In this document: positions 1-9,444 of the stretch, one piece after another
Position numbering within the stretch: position 1 is the stretch's first letter
How the letters are laid out: each line of letters begins with the position of its first letter
NCBI GenBank assembly: GCA_021792255.1
Contig: JAJYUZ010000002.1
Coordinates: forward strand, 224,001 to 288,000
From: Thermoplasmata archaeon
GTDB lineage: Archaea; Thermoplasmatota; Thermoplasmata; Thermoplasmatales; GCA-001856825
Length of the DNA stretch: 64,000 bases
Direction of reading: 5' to 3'
Notes under the pieces: model-generated
What the model was told of the DNA's origin: nothing
The model's input: only the letters and a program-made list of their open reading frames with translations
Databases searched by the model: none
Program-made: the position numbers and the translations under genes

Positions 1-56
1 AGCACTCAGGCTAATCTCGAATGATCAATTCTAAAAGGTTGAAGGATAATGATAGA

Positions 57-125
57 ATGGACTGGTCGGAGTATAATTGCTAACTGCTGGAGCTCGAACA
101 ATAACAGTTCCAATGCACTATTGTA
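57..125 (+). repeat. Degenerate direct repeat, copy 1 (partner at 2741-2809), left of mer cassette
   Basis: atggactggtcggagtataattgctaactgctggagctcgaacaata vs atagaccggtcggaatatacttgctaactgctggaactggaacaata: 41/47 identical by hand alignment, weaker similarity for ~20 nt more. Confidence 0.85.
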
Positions 126-197
126 TCCAAAATAAATTACGATGTTGTTTGTAAATAGCTGAACGAGATGTTTAACCCTTCGTACTCGTGTAATTTT

Positions 198-572
198 TTA
201 TCTGACTACATTAATTATAGAATCGAGAACATCATCCACTCTCCTAGCGAGTTCTTCCAGTCCATTATACTGAGAGAAAAGCTCTGCTGCATTCTGCACG
301 GCCAGGTGCGTTTTCTCACTTTCTTCATAGATGTAGATCCTCAAGGGTGGAACTATTCCTGCCCTTAAATCGTGGTCAAAAATTTCCTTAGCAAGTTTCG
401 GGTGGAAAACTTCAATGATTTTGTTTCCGCCGATTTCAAAGCCAATTTTCCTCAGATTTGCTTGGGCATCTATGACTGAAACTACCTTCAGCCCATTTTG
501 TTCCACAGATTTTTCAAGAAGCTCAACTGTTTGGTTGAACCCAAATTTTGAGATTTTTTCTTTTACTTTCAT
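198..572 (-). CDS. DUF302 domain protein, last gene of mer operon
   Basis: F..TV..L...V...GL.V...ID...L and P.RIYIYE pattern typical of DUF302; likely start MKVKEK at 572, 5 nt after the merA stop. Confidence 0.75.
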   Translation of the reverse strand: MKVKEKISKFGFNQTVELLEKSVEQNGLKVVSVIDAQANLRKIGFEIGGNKIIEVFHPKLAKEIFDHDLRAGIVPPLRIYIYEESEKTHLAVQNAAELFSQYNGLEELARRVDDVLDSIINVVR

Positions 573-577
573 GTACT

Positions 578-2017
578 TCACTCCACGCAACACGCCATCT
601 TGGACAGGTCCCTGATAAATGATTGTGCTGCAAGTTTTATCCCCTCGGATATGGAAGGGAAGATGTGGCTTGTGGCAATGATGTCGTCTATGGTGTAACC
701 ATTCTTGACAGCATATGCGCCCTCTGTTATTATGTCTGTCGCATTTGGAGCAATGATATGCATTCCCACTACCCTGTTGTCCTTTGGGTCGACAGTGATC
801 TTTATGACGCCTTCAGTTTCTCCCATGATGCTTGCCTTTGTAAGATTCTCCAGGGAGAACACTCTGCAGGAACACGATCCGTTCTTCTTTGAGAACTCGC
901 TCTCTGTCATTCCAACGCCTGCAACCTGCGGGCTGGTGAATACTGCCCATGCCACCGAGTCGTAATCGATCTTTAGATTTTCGCCGAACATGTTGCTCAC
1001 GGCTATGACACCTTCTCTGGCGGCCAGAGTTTCGAGGAACATTTTTTTGGAAACACAGTCTCCTGCGGCATAAATTCCAGGTGAGGATGTCTTCATTTTA
1101 TCAGAAGTGATTATTTGTCCTCTTGAATCAGTGTTTACACCGGCAGTCCCAAGGTCCAGATATTCTGTGTTGGGCTGTCTTCCGGTTGCGACTATGATTT
1201 CCTGAGCTTCTATTTTCTCCTTCCCCTTGTGGGTTATGACATCAATATATTTCCCGCTTCTAGATGAGCTTACGGCACTAACTCTTGCTCTCAGGAAGAA
1301 TTTCATACCTTCCTCCTCCAGGTGCTTTTTCATGACTGAACCTATCTCAGGCTCAGTTTGTGGTAGAAGGACATCGAGCGCCTCAATCACCGTTACCTTT
1401 GATCCAAAATGGAGGAGCGCCTGGCCTATTTCAAGACCAATGGCCCCTCCACCTATTATTGCAATTGATTCAGGAAGATCTTTGACGTCCCATATGGTAT
1501 CGCTTGTCAGAAATCCTGACTCATTCAAACCTTCGATGTTTGGAACTGCTGGATGCGATCCTGTTGCAATGAGGATATTTGATCCTGAAACCACTGCAAC
1601 CTCAGATCCATCAGAATCTGATATCATTATGGTCTTTTTATCCACAAATTTCCCCAGACCTGCGAAGAGCTTCACGTTCCTGTAGTTCTCAATCACCCTT
1701 ACATATTTTGAATCCCTTGCGTGTGCAACGTAAGATCTCAGGCCATTCATAACTTTAGCAAAATCATATTTGACTTCCGTTGGGTGTATTCCTGCCATTT
1801 TTGGGTGTTCTGGCTTGAAAACTGAATGAGAGGCCTCAAGCAGATATTTTGATGGAACGCAACCTACGTTCACGCACGTTCCTCCCAATGGCCCCGTGCC
1901 GATCATCGCTATGGTCATCTCTCCGTTGCTGAGCTCTGAGGCCTTTATTGCAGCGGAAAATGCCGCCGCCCCTCTTCCAAGTATTACTAGATCGAATTTT
2001 TGTTGATCACCGATCAA
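578..2017 (-). CDS. merA: Mercuric reductase
   Basis: Redox motif GGTCVNVGCVPSK, GGGAIG dinucleotide motif, C-terminal vicinal Cys pair (MACCVE). Confidence 0.93.
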   Translation of the reverse strand: MIGDQQKFDLVILGRGAAAFSAAIKASELSNGEMTIAMIGTGPLGGTCVNVGCVPSKYLLEASHSVFKPEHPKMAGIHPTEVKYDFAKVMNGLRSYVAHARDSKYVRVIENYRNVKLFAGLGKFVDKKTIMISDSDGSEVAVVSGSNILIATGSHPAVPNIEGLNESGFLTSDTIWDVKDLPESIAIIGGGAIGLEIGQALLHFGSKVTVIEALDVLLPQTEPEIGSVMKKHLEEEGMKFFLRARVSAVSSSRSGKYIDVITHKGKEKIEAQEIIVATGRQPNTEYLDLGTAGVNTDSRGQIITSDKMKTSSPGIYAAGDCVSKKMFLETLAAREGVIAVSNMFGENLKIDYDSVAWAVFTSPQVAGVGMTESEFSKKNGSCSCRVFSLENLTKASIMGETEGVIKITVDPKDNRVVGMHIIAPNATDIITEGAYAVKNGYTIDDIIATSHIFPSISEGIKLAAQSFIRDLSKMACCVE

Positions 2018-2030
2018 ATCAGCTCACCCT

Positions 2031-2264
2031 TCACTGATCCATGAGCGTCGCCTTGTAGTGAGATGGCTTGGAGAAGACTCTGTTCTTAAGGAGATCTTCG
2101 GGGTTTATTTTTTCAAGATCGATAGTAACGTCGCCAGTGCCATCATTCAGAGAAACACCAACATCCAGCACACCGTTCTGGGCCATCAACCCACGACTCA
2201 CTGTTGCAACACATTCATCGCAGGTCATCCCATAGATTCGAAGTTTTGCTTTTCCTGCTTTCAT
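2031..2264 (-). CDS. Heavy-metal-associated (HMA) domain metallochaperone
   Basis: GMTCDEC motif in a 77 aa protein directly upstream of merA. Confidence 0.9.
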   Translation of the reverse strand: MKAGKAKLRIYGMTCDECVATVSRGLMAQNGVLDVGVSLNDGTGDVTIDLEKINPEDLLKNRVFSKPSHYKATLMDQ

Positions 2265-2350
2265 GGTTTCAGCATTATTCTTAGTTATTAATACAGCAAA
2301 GTAAACTTTTTTTTACCTGTCTTGATTCAAAACTTGATGAGGTGTGATCA

Positions 2351-2722
2351 ATGGGATCCAGGGAGGATATGAGACTACACAACAAGAAAAAGGCCTGTAT
2401 GATTGAATATATGGGAACAACTGTATGTATTGACCCATCCTTGCCATTTCTAAACGTCATCGGCAAGAAATATACCATGATGATCTTGGGTGTGATAGGC
2501 AATAGGGGGAGCAGAAAGAATTTCAATGAAATAATCAGAGATATTCCATTCTCCAGCACTACAATAATTTCCAGAAGATTGAAGGAACTTCAGAACTTTG
2601 AGTTAATCCAGAGGGATGAAGACAACAATGGTGTTTCTTACTCACTTACTGATTTTGGAAAAAATGTAAGGGAGAGTTTGCTGCCTTTCCTCAGGATGGT
2701 TGAAAATACTTTACAAGATTGA
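2351..2722 (+). CDS. HxlR-family winged-helix regulator divergent from mer operon
   Basis: IGKKYTMMIL...NFNEI...ISRRLKEL...V.YSLTDFG pattern; two N-terminal Cys. Confidence 0.85.
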   Translation: MGSREDMRLHNKKKACMIEYMGTTVCIDPSLPFLNVIGKKYTMMILGVIGNRGSRKNFNEIIRDIPFSSTTIISRRLKELQNFELIQRDEDNNGVSYSLTDFGKNVRESLLPFLRMVENTLQD

Positions 2723-2740
2723 GTTAATGGTATTTGGGTC

Positions 2741-2809
2741 ATAGACCGGTCGGAATATACTTGCTAACTGCTGGAACTGGAACAATAGCTATTTTGATGG
2801 ACTATCGCA
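2741..2809 (+). repeat. Degenerate direct repeat, copy 2, right of mer cassette
   Basis: Aligns with 57-125 in the same orientation. Confidence 0.85.
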
Positions 2810-3235
2810 ACAGGCCCAACAGAATATTTTTTTATTCTCAATCGAACCCATGAACCCACCTATCCTTTGTCATATTTTCAAGGGCTCTTTATCTGCTATT
2901 GCCGAAGAGAATAGCTGTCTTTTATCGAAATTTTACGGGTTCTTTGTGGATCTGCGGTTCGATAGCCTCATAACCCAACCAAGTTCAAGCATCTGCCCTT
3001 AGCTTTGTACCTCCTTGATGCATGGATTAACGTAGCTGCAGAAGAACCACGAATTCAACCCCACATTCAAATTTCCATAACGTGGTGATGCTACACCAAG
3101 AGATTCTCCCATAAAGGTGGGTTTAAGAAAAAGAAAACGGCTGTTTTGCAAGCTATTGGACGGAGGGCAAGAAACTATTTAGCCTGCCTAAATCGCTAAG
3201 AACGTATTTATAGAGAGAAATTTATCTTAAACCAT

Positions 3236-4375
3236 ATGTCCAACTTTCTGGTTCTTGGCGGAGCCGGGGATATGGGTTCCGCAGTTGTGAGGGACTTGGT
3301 TTTTAGCAAGGTCGAAAGCGTAGAGATAGGGGACTTTAACAAAGGAGGAACCAATATACTGGTTCGCGAACTCAAGAATTCCAGAACTGACGTAAAGGGC
3401 CTTTTTGTCGATGCCAGTAAAAAGAAGGAACTTGTCGAGGCCATAAGTCGATCAGACATCGTGATTAATGCGGTTGGACCTTTTTACAAGTTTGAAAGCA
3501 TGATTGTGGATGCGGCAATTGAAGCTGGCAGAGACTATGTCGATATATGCGATGACTACGATGCAACTCTGCAGGTGATGAAAAAAGAGAAGGAGATTAA
3601 GAGGGGGAAATCTAGAATTCTAATTGGCATGGGTTGGACTCCAGGCATCACCAACGTCCTATCAAGAGCCGGTTATGAAGAGCTAGATAGCACATCGGAT
3701 ATCAACATCGGGTGGAGTGGTAGTGCCGCTGACTCTTCAGGCATCGCTGTTATCTCACACGTGTTTCATGCAGTGACGGGTGACGTGCCCATGTATCTGG
3801 ATGGTAAATTGGAATATGTTCCTGCAAGACAGTTTAAGAGAGAGATAGAGTTTCCAGAACCGATCTCCAAGCTAGAGACATATTTTGTCGGTCACCCCGA
3901 ACCTATTACAATTCCCAGATTTCTGAAGGGAGTCAGAAACGTCACTCTTAGAGGCGCACTAGTGCCAGATTGGCAGAATCATCTCGTAAGTCAGTTTGCA
4001 GATATAGGTCTCACAGAGGACAAGGTGATAAGAGTCGGAAACTTAGAAGTGTCGTCTAGGGATTTCTTAGCATCTTTTGTCCATCAGACTATGGAACAAT
4101 TTAAGAGCGGAGGTGCAGAAGTGTCCGGTTTCTGGGTAGAAGTCGTGGGGATGAAAAGAGGAAAAAAGACCGTAATTGAGTACAGCGGTGCAGACAAAAT
4201 GCAGAAGCTTACAGGTTGGTCCGCAAGCATCGGTGCTCAACAAATTATAAAGAACAAGAACCTAAGACCGGGATTATACGCTCCTGAAGGGGCGATTGAC
4301 CCTGCTAGCTTTTTGCAGCAATTGAAAGTCCGAAACGTCGCGGTCAAGAAAATAATCAAAATCCAGGAGAACTGA
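3236..4375 (+). CDS. Saccharopine dehydrogenase-like oxidoreductase
   Basis: LGGAGDMG Rossmann motif, INAVGPFY, YVDICDD, GMGWTPGITN, HPEP. Confidence 0.85.
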   Translation: MSNFLVLGGAGDMGSAVVRDLVFSKVESVEIGDFNKGGTNILVRELKNSRTDVKGLFVDASKKKELVEAISRSDIVINAVGPFYKFESMIVDAAIEAGRDYVDICDDYDATLQVMKKEKEIKRGKSRILIGMGWTPGITNVLSRAGYEELDSTSDINIGWSGSAADSSGIAVISHVFHAVTGDVPMYLDGKLEYVPARQFKREIEFPEPISKLETYFVGHPEPITIPRFLKGVRNVTLRGALVPDWQNHLVSQFADIGLTEDKVIRVGNLEVSSRDFLASFVHQTMEQFKSGGAEVSGFWVEVVGMKRGKKTVIEYSGADKMQKLTGWSASIGAQQIIKNKNLRPGLYAPEGAIDPASFLQQLKVRNVAVKKIIKIQEN

Positions 4376-4400
4376 TCCATACTGGGGTAGTGAACTAGTC

Positions 4401-4859
4401 TTGCTCAAATTCGGCACACAAGAATTCTTTGACAGTCTGAAAGACGTCCTAAACAAAGATATGAAATTTAGGGAGCTAGGGAAGGGAAGTTACAATGCCA
4501 CGGAACTGATTGTCATAAAGGACTTGGGAATAGGAATATGGCAAAAGACCGTCGATGGCGAAGTCTTGTCGTTTACTCTTTTGAAGAAATGTGAACTCAA
4601 GGAGCTCGAAAGTTCGGCTGACCTTGTTTACTACGTTGACACTTATGAAGCAATGGTAAGGATAAGTACGGGGCAAGAGAGTTTTGTAGAGCTTGTAATA
4701 AGCGACGAGATAGTTTTCAAGGGATCGATGAAGAAGATAATGAGCATTCAAGGCCCATCTGAAAGGATGGAGTTCTTACTGAAGGATTTGACAAAGAAAA
4801 TAATCATTCCTACCAGAATCCAGTACCAGAAATGGCTGAGCGGCAGTGGGTACTTATGA
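4401..4859 (+). CDS. SCP2 sterol/lipid-binding-like protein
   Basis: F.T.EF...L...LN.D start and G......V...I.FKG.M.K.M C-terminal pattern shared with the next gene. Confidence 0.55.
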   Translation: MLKFGTQEFFDSLKDVLNKDMKFRELGKGSYNATELIVIKDLGIGIWQKTVDGEVLSFTLLKKCELKELESSADLVYYVDTYEAMVRISTGQESFVELVISDEIVFKGSMKKIMSIQGPSERMEFLLKDLTKKIIIPTRIQYQKWLSGSGYL

Positions 4860-5266
4860 AATCACTAATGTTTTCCGTTGAATGGTTTGAAAAGTTTGGG
4901 GAGAATCTTAATTCAAATGAGAATTACAAGAAATACGCTGCAGATTGGGAAGGCGATATTGCCCTAATCATAAGAGGAGACGAAGGATCGTCTTTCTTTC
5001 GAAAGGGTGAAACGAAAAATGTGAGATTGAATCTCTATCACGGAAAGTGCAATTCGATAAGTTTTCCGGCTTCTGTCAGTTTCAAAGACGTGCCATACCT
5101 CCTGGAGAGCACGGCGACTACGTGGGAGCGCATACTCACAGGTAAAGTCAACGTGGTAACGGCTCTATTGAGAGGGGAAGTAAAGGTCACCGGAAATGTA
5201 AAAAAATTGATGAAGTACGTCAATGCTGCACAGGAGTTGGTAAGGTCTGCACAGGGAATCAATTAG
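4856..5266 (+). CDS. SCP2 sterol/lipid-binding domain protein
   Basis: FS.EW......LN.N..Y...AA.WEGD and W..IL.GK...V.ALL.G..KV.G...KLM signature; ATGA overlap with the upstream gene. Confidence 0.8.
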   Translation: MKSLMFSVEWFEKFGENLNSNENYKKYAADWEGDIALIIRGDEGSSFFRKGETKNVRLNLYHGKCNSISFPASVSFKDVPYLLESTATTWERILTGKVNVVTALLRGEVKVTGNVKKLMKYVNAAQELVRSAQGIN

Positions 5267-5311
5267 GTTGGTGAGAATACGACTATCGATAGAGAAGAAG
5301 AACTTAGAAAG

Positions 5312-5641
5312 GTGTTAGTTGAATTTAGGGAAAAAGTGAATCAAAATGAAAAAGTCCAGAAGCTCATTAGGAAGTGGAGCACGTCAGTTCTGATGTGGAG
5401 CAAGGATCTGAATACTGGATTCGTTCTACAAGTAGAGTATGGAAAGATAACGGAAATGAAGAAAGCTGACAGTATCGATGAGGGCAACGTGAGAGTAGTG
5501 AGTGGCACGGAGACGTTGCTCGACATGTTCAGAGGGAAGGAGAACATAGTTCATCTTTATATGGATGGAGTTGTTGAAACATTTGGATCCGAAAAGGATC
5601 AGATAGTCTTAGATGCGGTGGCGAAGATTTTATGGTCTTAA
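5312..5641 (+). CDS. SCP2-like protein
   Basis: L.V..GKI...G..ETL.DMF.GK......Y..G.V...G pattern; start uncertain (frame open from 5267). Confidence 0.6.
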   Translation: MLVEFREKVNQNEKVQKLIRKWSTSVLMWSKDLNTGFVLQVEYGKITEMKKADSIDEGNVRVVSGTETLLDMFRGKENIVHLYMDGVVETFGSEKDQIVLDAVAKILWS

Positions 5642-6948
5642 CACTCAATCGAAGATTGAAATTCACGAGACTGGTTGCCATAACGATGGGTACCCCTCTT
5701 GCGTCTTCCGTGTTCCTGAGCATAACAATAATGGTACTTATGGTTGGTTCTTTGATCAACCTAATATTCTCAGTCATAATATCCACGGCCGTAGTCATTC
5801 TGGTTTCCCTGGCGTATGGTGAATTAGTAAGCATATATCCATCCGCGGCTGGTAACAGGATTTTCCTCAAGAAACCGATGGGAAACACTTTGGCTCTCTC
5901 TTTATCGGTGATGTGGGTGATAATAATCCTTGGGGCCGCAGGTATCGAAGCGTACATGGCAGGCAACGTACTGGGCTACGTTGTCGGTATACTCCCTCCA
6001 TTTTTCTGGTCCATCTTAATCCTCAGCGTGGTCGTCCTGATAAACATCGTCGGTGTTGAAATTTCTGGAAATTTTCAAATGTTTATAACATTCTTTGTCA
6101 TTGTTTCACTCATCGTTGTTTCGGTATATTCGATATTTTTCGTAAGTAATGCTCCTCCCGTTGGATTTGGCAGCTTGAACTGGCTTTCTGTGTTTTCTGC
6201 CAGCGCTGTCTCCATTTACTTTTTCATAGGTTTTGGTAGGGTCACCACCTTGGGGGAGGAGGCTATAGACTACCGGAAGGGTATTCCCAGGGCTATGCCT
6301 TTAGGTATCTTTTTCATAGGCATCACTTTCATCCTTGCTTCAGTAGCGATATTTGAAAGGGTGCCCATTTCTGTTCTTCAAAACACCGTCATTCCTCAGA
6401 TCGTTCTTGGGAATTATATACTGACTGGAACCAAACTTCCCATCTTGATTGGCATTATCAGCATAGTCATGAGCTTTAGTGCATTTAATGCCGGTATCTT
6501 AGGAACTTCGAGGCTTGTATATGCGCTAGGAAGAGAAGGAGTGTTTCCAAAGTTCTTAGGTAACATTCACAAGAGGTTTCTCACACCATACGCCTCTTTG
6601 CTGTTCCTCTACGTTGTTGTCATGATTATTACTGCAGTAGTTTTCTTCACCAAGAACTACTCAGCAATCGTGCTCATAGCAGCGGCCTTTGATTCCTTTA
6701 TGTATGCCTTTGTCAGCTACAGTGCACTGTGGCATAAGAGAAAGTTGAAGAAGCAGGAGATTCCATTTGACGTAAGGGGTGGGACCGTCATTTACATTGT
6801 CATCACAGCAATATTCATGCTGCTCGGCATACTTCTTCTGCTAACATCTACAGCAGAGGTTGCCATAGTGGTGATAGTTGGAGTCTTTGTACTTTCACTC
6901 CTCTACTACTACCTGTACAAGTCCGGGAGATTGGGGACGAGAAGGTGA
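5632..6948 (+). CDS. APC-family amino acid/amine permease
   Basis: ~12 hydrophobic segments, YGEL...YPSAAG, SRLVYALGREG.FP. Confidence 0.9.
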   Translation: MVLTLNRRLKFTRLVAITMGTPLASSVFLSITIMVLMVGSLINLIFSVIISTAVVILVSLAYGELVSIYPSAAGNRIFLKKPMGNTLALSLSVMWVIIILGAAGIEAYMAGNVLGYVVGILPPFFWSILILSVVVLINIVGVEISGNFQMFITFFVIVSLIVVSVYSIFFVSNAPPVGFGSLNWLSVFSASAVSIYFFIGFGRVTTLGEEAIDYRKGIPRAMPLGIFFIGITFILASVAIFERVPISVLQNTVIPQIVLGNYILTGTKLPILIGIISIVMSFSAFNAGILGTSRLVYALGREGVFPKFLGNIHKRFLTPYASLLFLYVVVMIITAVVFFTKNYSAIVLIAAAFDSFMYAFVSYSALWHKRKLKKQEIPFDVRGGTVIYIVITAIFMLLGILLLLTSTAEVAIVVIVGVFVLSLLYYYLYKSGRLGTRR

Positions 6949-6993
6949 GTTAATTCCAAGACACTTTGACTGCAAATGAGAATTCGGTTCAAA

Positions 6994-8259
6994 TTATTGG
7001 GACTGAGCTAGAGATTCTCTCTTTCTTTTCCACCAAGCGCCGTAAGGTCCAGCCAAACCTGACGAGGAAACAGACCCGTATGATTTCTGAAGTTTGCCAA
7101 GGTGTTCTGAGTCTATTTTTCCAATGCCGTTAAGGATCTCTTCGTATTCTTCTGTCGCCAAGTTATCTCCCGACAGCCATTTTCTCCTTATCGTCCCTAT
7201 ACTATTGATTATGTGCTCTTGCTCATCATCTACGCTGTGCATTTCATCTAAGTATGAGGCACTTCTTGATTCCTGATATTTCCGATGGATCAATTCAGAC
7301 TTTAGCCAATAATTTTGATCATAATTGAGCCAATATGTTCTTTCCTCAGAGAACAGTATAGGTTTGTACAAGGAAATGCAAGGGTTAGACGAGAAGGTCG
7401 ACCAGACGATAGATCTCTTCTCGCCGATTTCCACTACCATTGAATTAACTGTTTGGAACCTCCTCGAGAGTGGGCCAGCGTGCATACAGATATCGCCGTT
7501 GGATCCGAGTTTCGGATGGGTCCAATCTCCATCGTGATGTCTTAGTGTCTTAAAGAAGTCTCCTAATTCGATCCCACCTGACTCACTATTCAGACTGTCG
7601 GTAGTAAATTTCGATCTCTCAAATCCTCGACCCAACCTAGTATACAAGAAATCTTCTTTGTACGAAAAATTGTGCGATTTTCCTATGTCCGCTTTCTCGC
7701 TCTCTCTTTCGCGAGCTACGCTGTTCGAAATGGTATCAAATCTATTCACCTCTCTTAAGAGATATTCACTGCCAATGATGTACAGCTCAAGTACTCGTTT
7801 ACCGTCTGATATCAGGAAAGAATTATTGTAGTATTCATCCTTAAACTGATCATTGCTTCCCCCCTGTCCATATTTTTCGAGGTACTCTACTATTGTGTGG
7901 GCTGCAGAAAGGGAATCTTTTCCTCTCTCGAGACCTAATCGTAGCAGGTCCATTCCAAGTAGACCATTCTTTTTATTTTTGGGATTAGAGAAAATCGCCT
8001 CGTTTCCTATTGCGACGCCCTTTTCGTTTACTCCCATCTCCGCGCCCCACATCCACAGGGGCCTAGAAATGAGTATTGCATTCACATCTCCTTCACATTC
8101 TACCTCGATGTGAGTCGCATTCATTCTACCTTCTCTTGACATTCTTGGATAGAACTCCACTACCTGAATCTCATTTGGATCTCTATCGCTGTTTTTTCCA
8201 AATAGACCGACCTTTGGATCGCCATTATTCTTGGGAAGGCTGCACAAAGTATCGCACAT
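6994..8259 (-). CDS. Peptidase C69 / secernin-like Ntn hydrolase
   Basis: MCDT N-terminal nucleophile, GKNSDRDPNE, WGAEMGVNE.GV.IGNEA. Confidence 0.9.
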   Translation of the reverse strand: MCDTLCSLPKNNGDPKVGLFGKNSDRDPNEIQVVEFYPRMSREGRMNATHIEVECEGDVNAILISRPLWMWGAEMGVNEKGVAIGNEAIFSNPKNKKNGLLGMDLLRLGLERGKDSLSAAHTIVEYLEKYGQGGSNDQFKDEYYNNSFLISDGKRVLELYIIGSEYLLREVNRFDTISNSVARERESEKADIGKSHNFSYKEDFLYTRLGRGFERSKFTTDSLNSESGGIELGDFFKTLRHHDGDWTHPKLGSNGDICMHAGPLSRRFQTVNSMVVEIGEKRSIVWSTFSSNPCISLYKPILFSEERTYWLNYDQNYWLKSELIHRKYQESRSASYLDEMHSVDDEQEHIINSIGTIRRKWLSGDNLATEEYEEILNGIGKIDSEHLGKLQKSYGSVSSSGLAGPYGAWWKRKRESLAQSQ

Positions 8260-8417
8260 CCTAGTCATACCATTTTATATGCACTATTATTCTTTTCTAA
8301 CAGCTACCCGATGAAATGGAAGTTTGAATAATCAGAATCTATGGTCGATAGAGAGCGCTTAGAATTAGCGACGTCAACCTCACTTGCACTTTCAAGATAA
8401 AGAAAAGGAATAAAAAC

Positions 8418-9356
8418 ATGGAATGTGATAAGCGAGCAAAAATGAACAAGAATCTAACCTACGCTCAGGTGCATTCCCATTCTAAATTTTCAATAAACAG
8501 TCTAAGCGGAGAAGGTGTATTCCACAGATTTGTCTGGCCTTTTGAAAGAATGATAATGAAGGTACTGATGAAAAGTCCAAAGGAATTATTGAAAATGGCT
8601 AACAGGAGGGGCGTGGACTTTGTAGCAATCACAGATCACAACAACGTACCAGTGATCAAAGGAAGCAGTGAATTTCTGATAAGTGGAGAAGAGTGGGGAC
8701 AGAAAAAAGGACACTCTAATTTCATTAACATTGACTCGCCAATAGATCCCGAATGTGGATACTTTAAGGGGATCGAGTCGAGCAACCCCAAAGATTTTTC
8801 AGAAGCCGCCAAGGAAGCCAAGACGAGGGGGGCTCTTGTGTCGATCAACCATCCGTTTAAGACGAATGCGTGGTTCTGGGGCGAAGAAAGCTACGCACTA
8901 GCCGACGGAATCGAAATATGGAATGGCGACTGGGGCGAAGAAAATCAGAAGGCATTGGAACTCTGGCAAAAACTACTAGTTCAAGGTCTGAAGATATGGT
9001 GTTTTGCTGGAAACGATTTCCACGTGAATCATCTTTTCAATATAGATTCCCAGGTTCTGGCTCTTAGGGGTGTGGAGTCAAAATCTTCACTAATTTCGAA
9101 CCTCAGGAGAGGAAATTTTTCTATTACAAAAGATACCCATAGTCCCGTCGTCTTTCTCAATCACGACTTATCGTATTCTATTATAAATTATAAGGAATCG
9201 ATTGAACTTCGAGCAATTTCATCAGAGCGGACCGAACTGATAAGTAGACCCTCCAAAGAGGGAATCTTTGAAAAAAATAGGTTTAAAAACTTTGTAAGAC
9301 TAGAACTTTGGGAAGATGGCGGTCCTCTAAGTTTTTCTAATCCAACATTCCTATGA
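8418..9356 (+). CDS. PHP-domain metallohydrolase (CehA/McbA-like)
   Basis: HSHS, AITDHN, INHP, EIWNG, GNDFH metal motifs. Confidence 0.85.
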   Translation: MECDKRAKMNKNLTYAQVHSHSKFSINSLSGEGVFHRFVWPFERMIMKVLMKSPKELLKMANRRGVDFVAITDHNNVPVIKGSSEFLISGEEWGQKKGHSNFINIDSPIDPECGYFKGIESSNPKDFSEAAKEAKTRGALVSINHPFKTNAWFWGEESYALADGIEIWNGDWGEENQKALELWQKLLVQGLKIWCFAGNDFHVNHLFNIDSQVLALRGVESKSSLISNLRRGNFSITKDTHSPVVFLNHDLSYSIINYKESIELRAISSERTELISRPSKEGIFEKNRFKNFVRLELWEDGGPLSFSNPTFL

Positions 9357-9444
9357 TCTGCTCGTATGAAAGATACATTTGAACGTCATTAAATATCAAA
9401 GCGTATCTTCATTTAATGTCACATAATGAAAGGTACTAGACTCA

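Noticed and set aside
2810-3200. Possible transposase remnant after the mer cassette
   Set aside because: Multiple stops and no convincing DDE motifs by eye.
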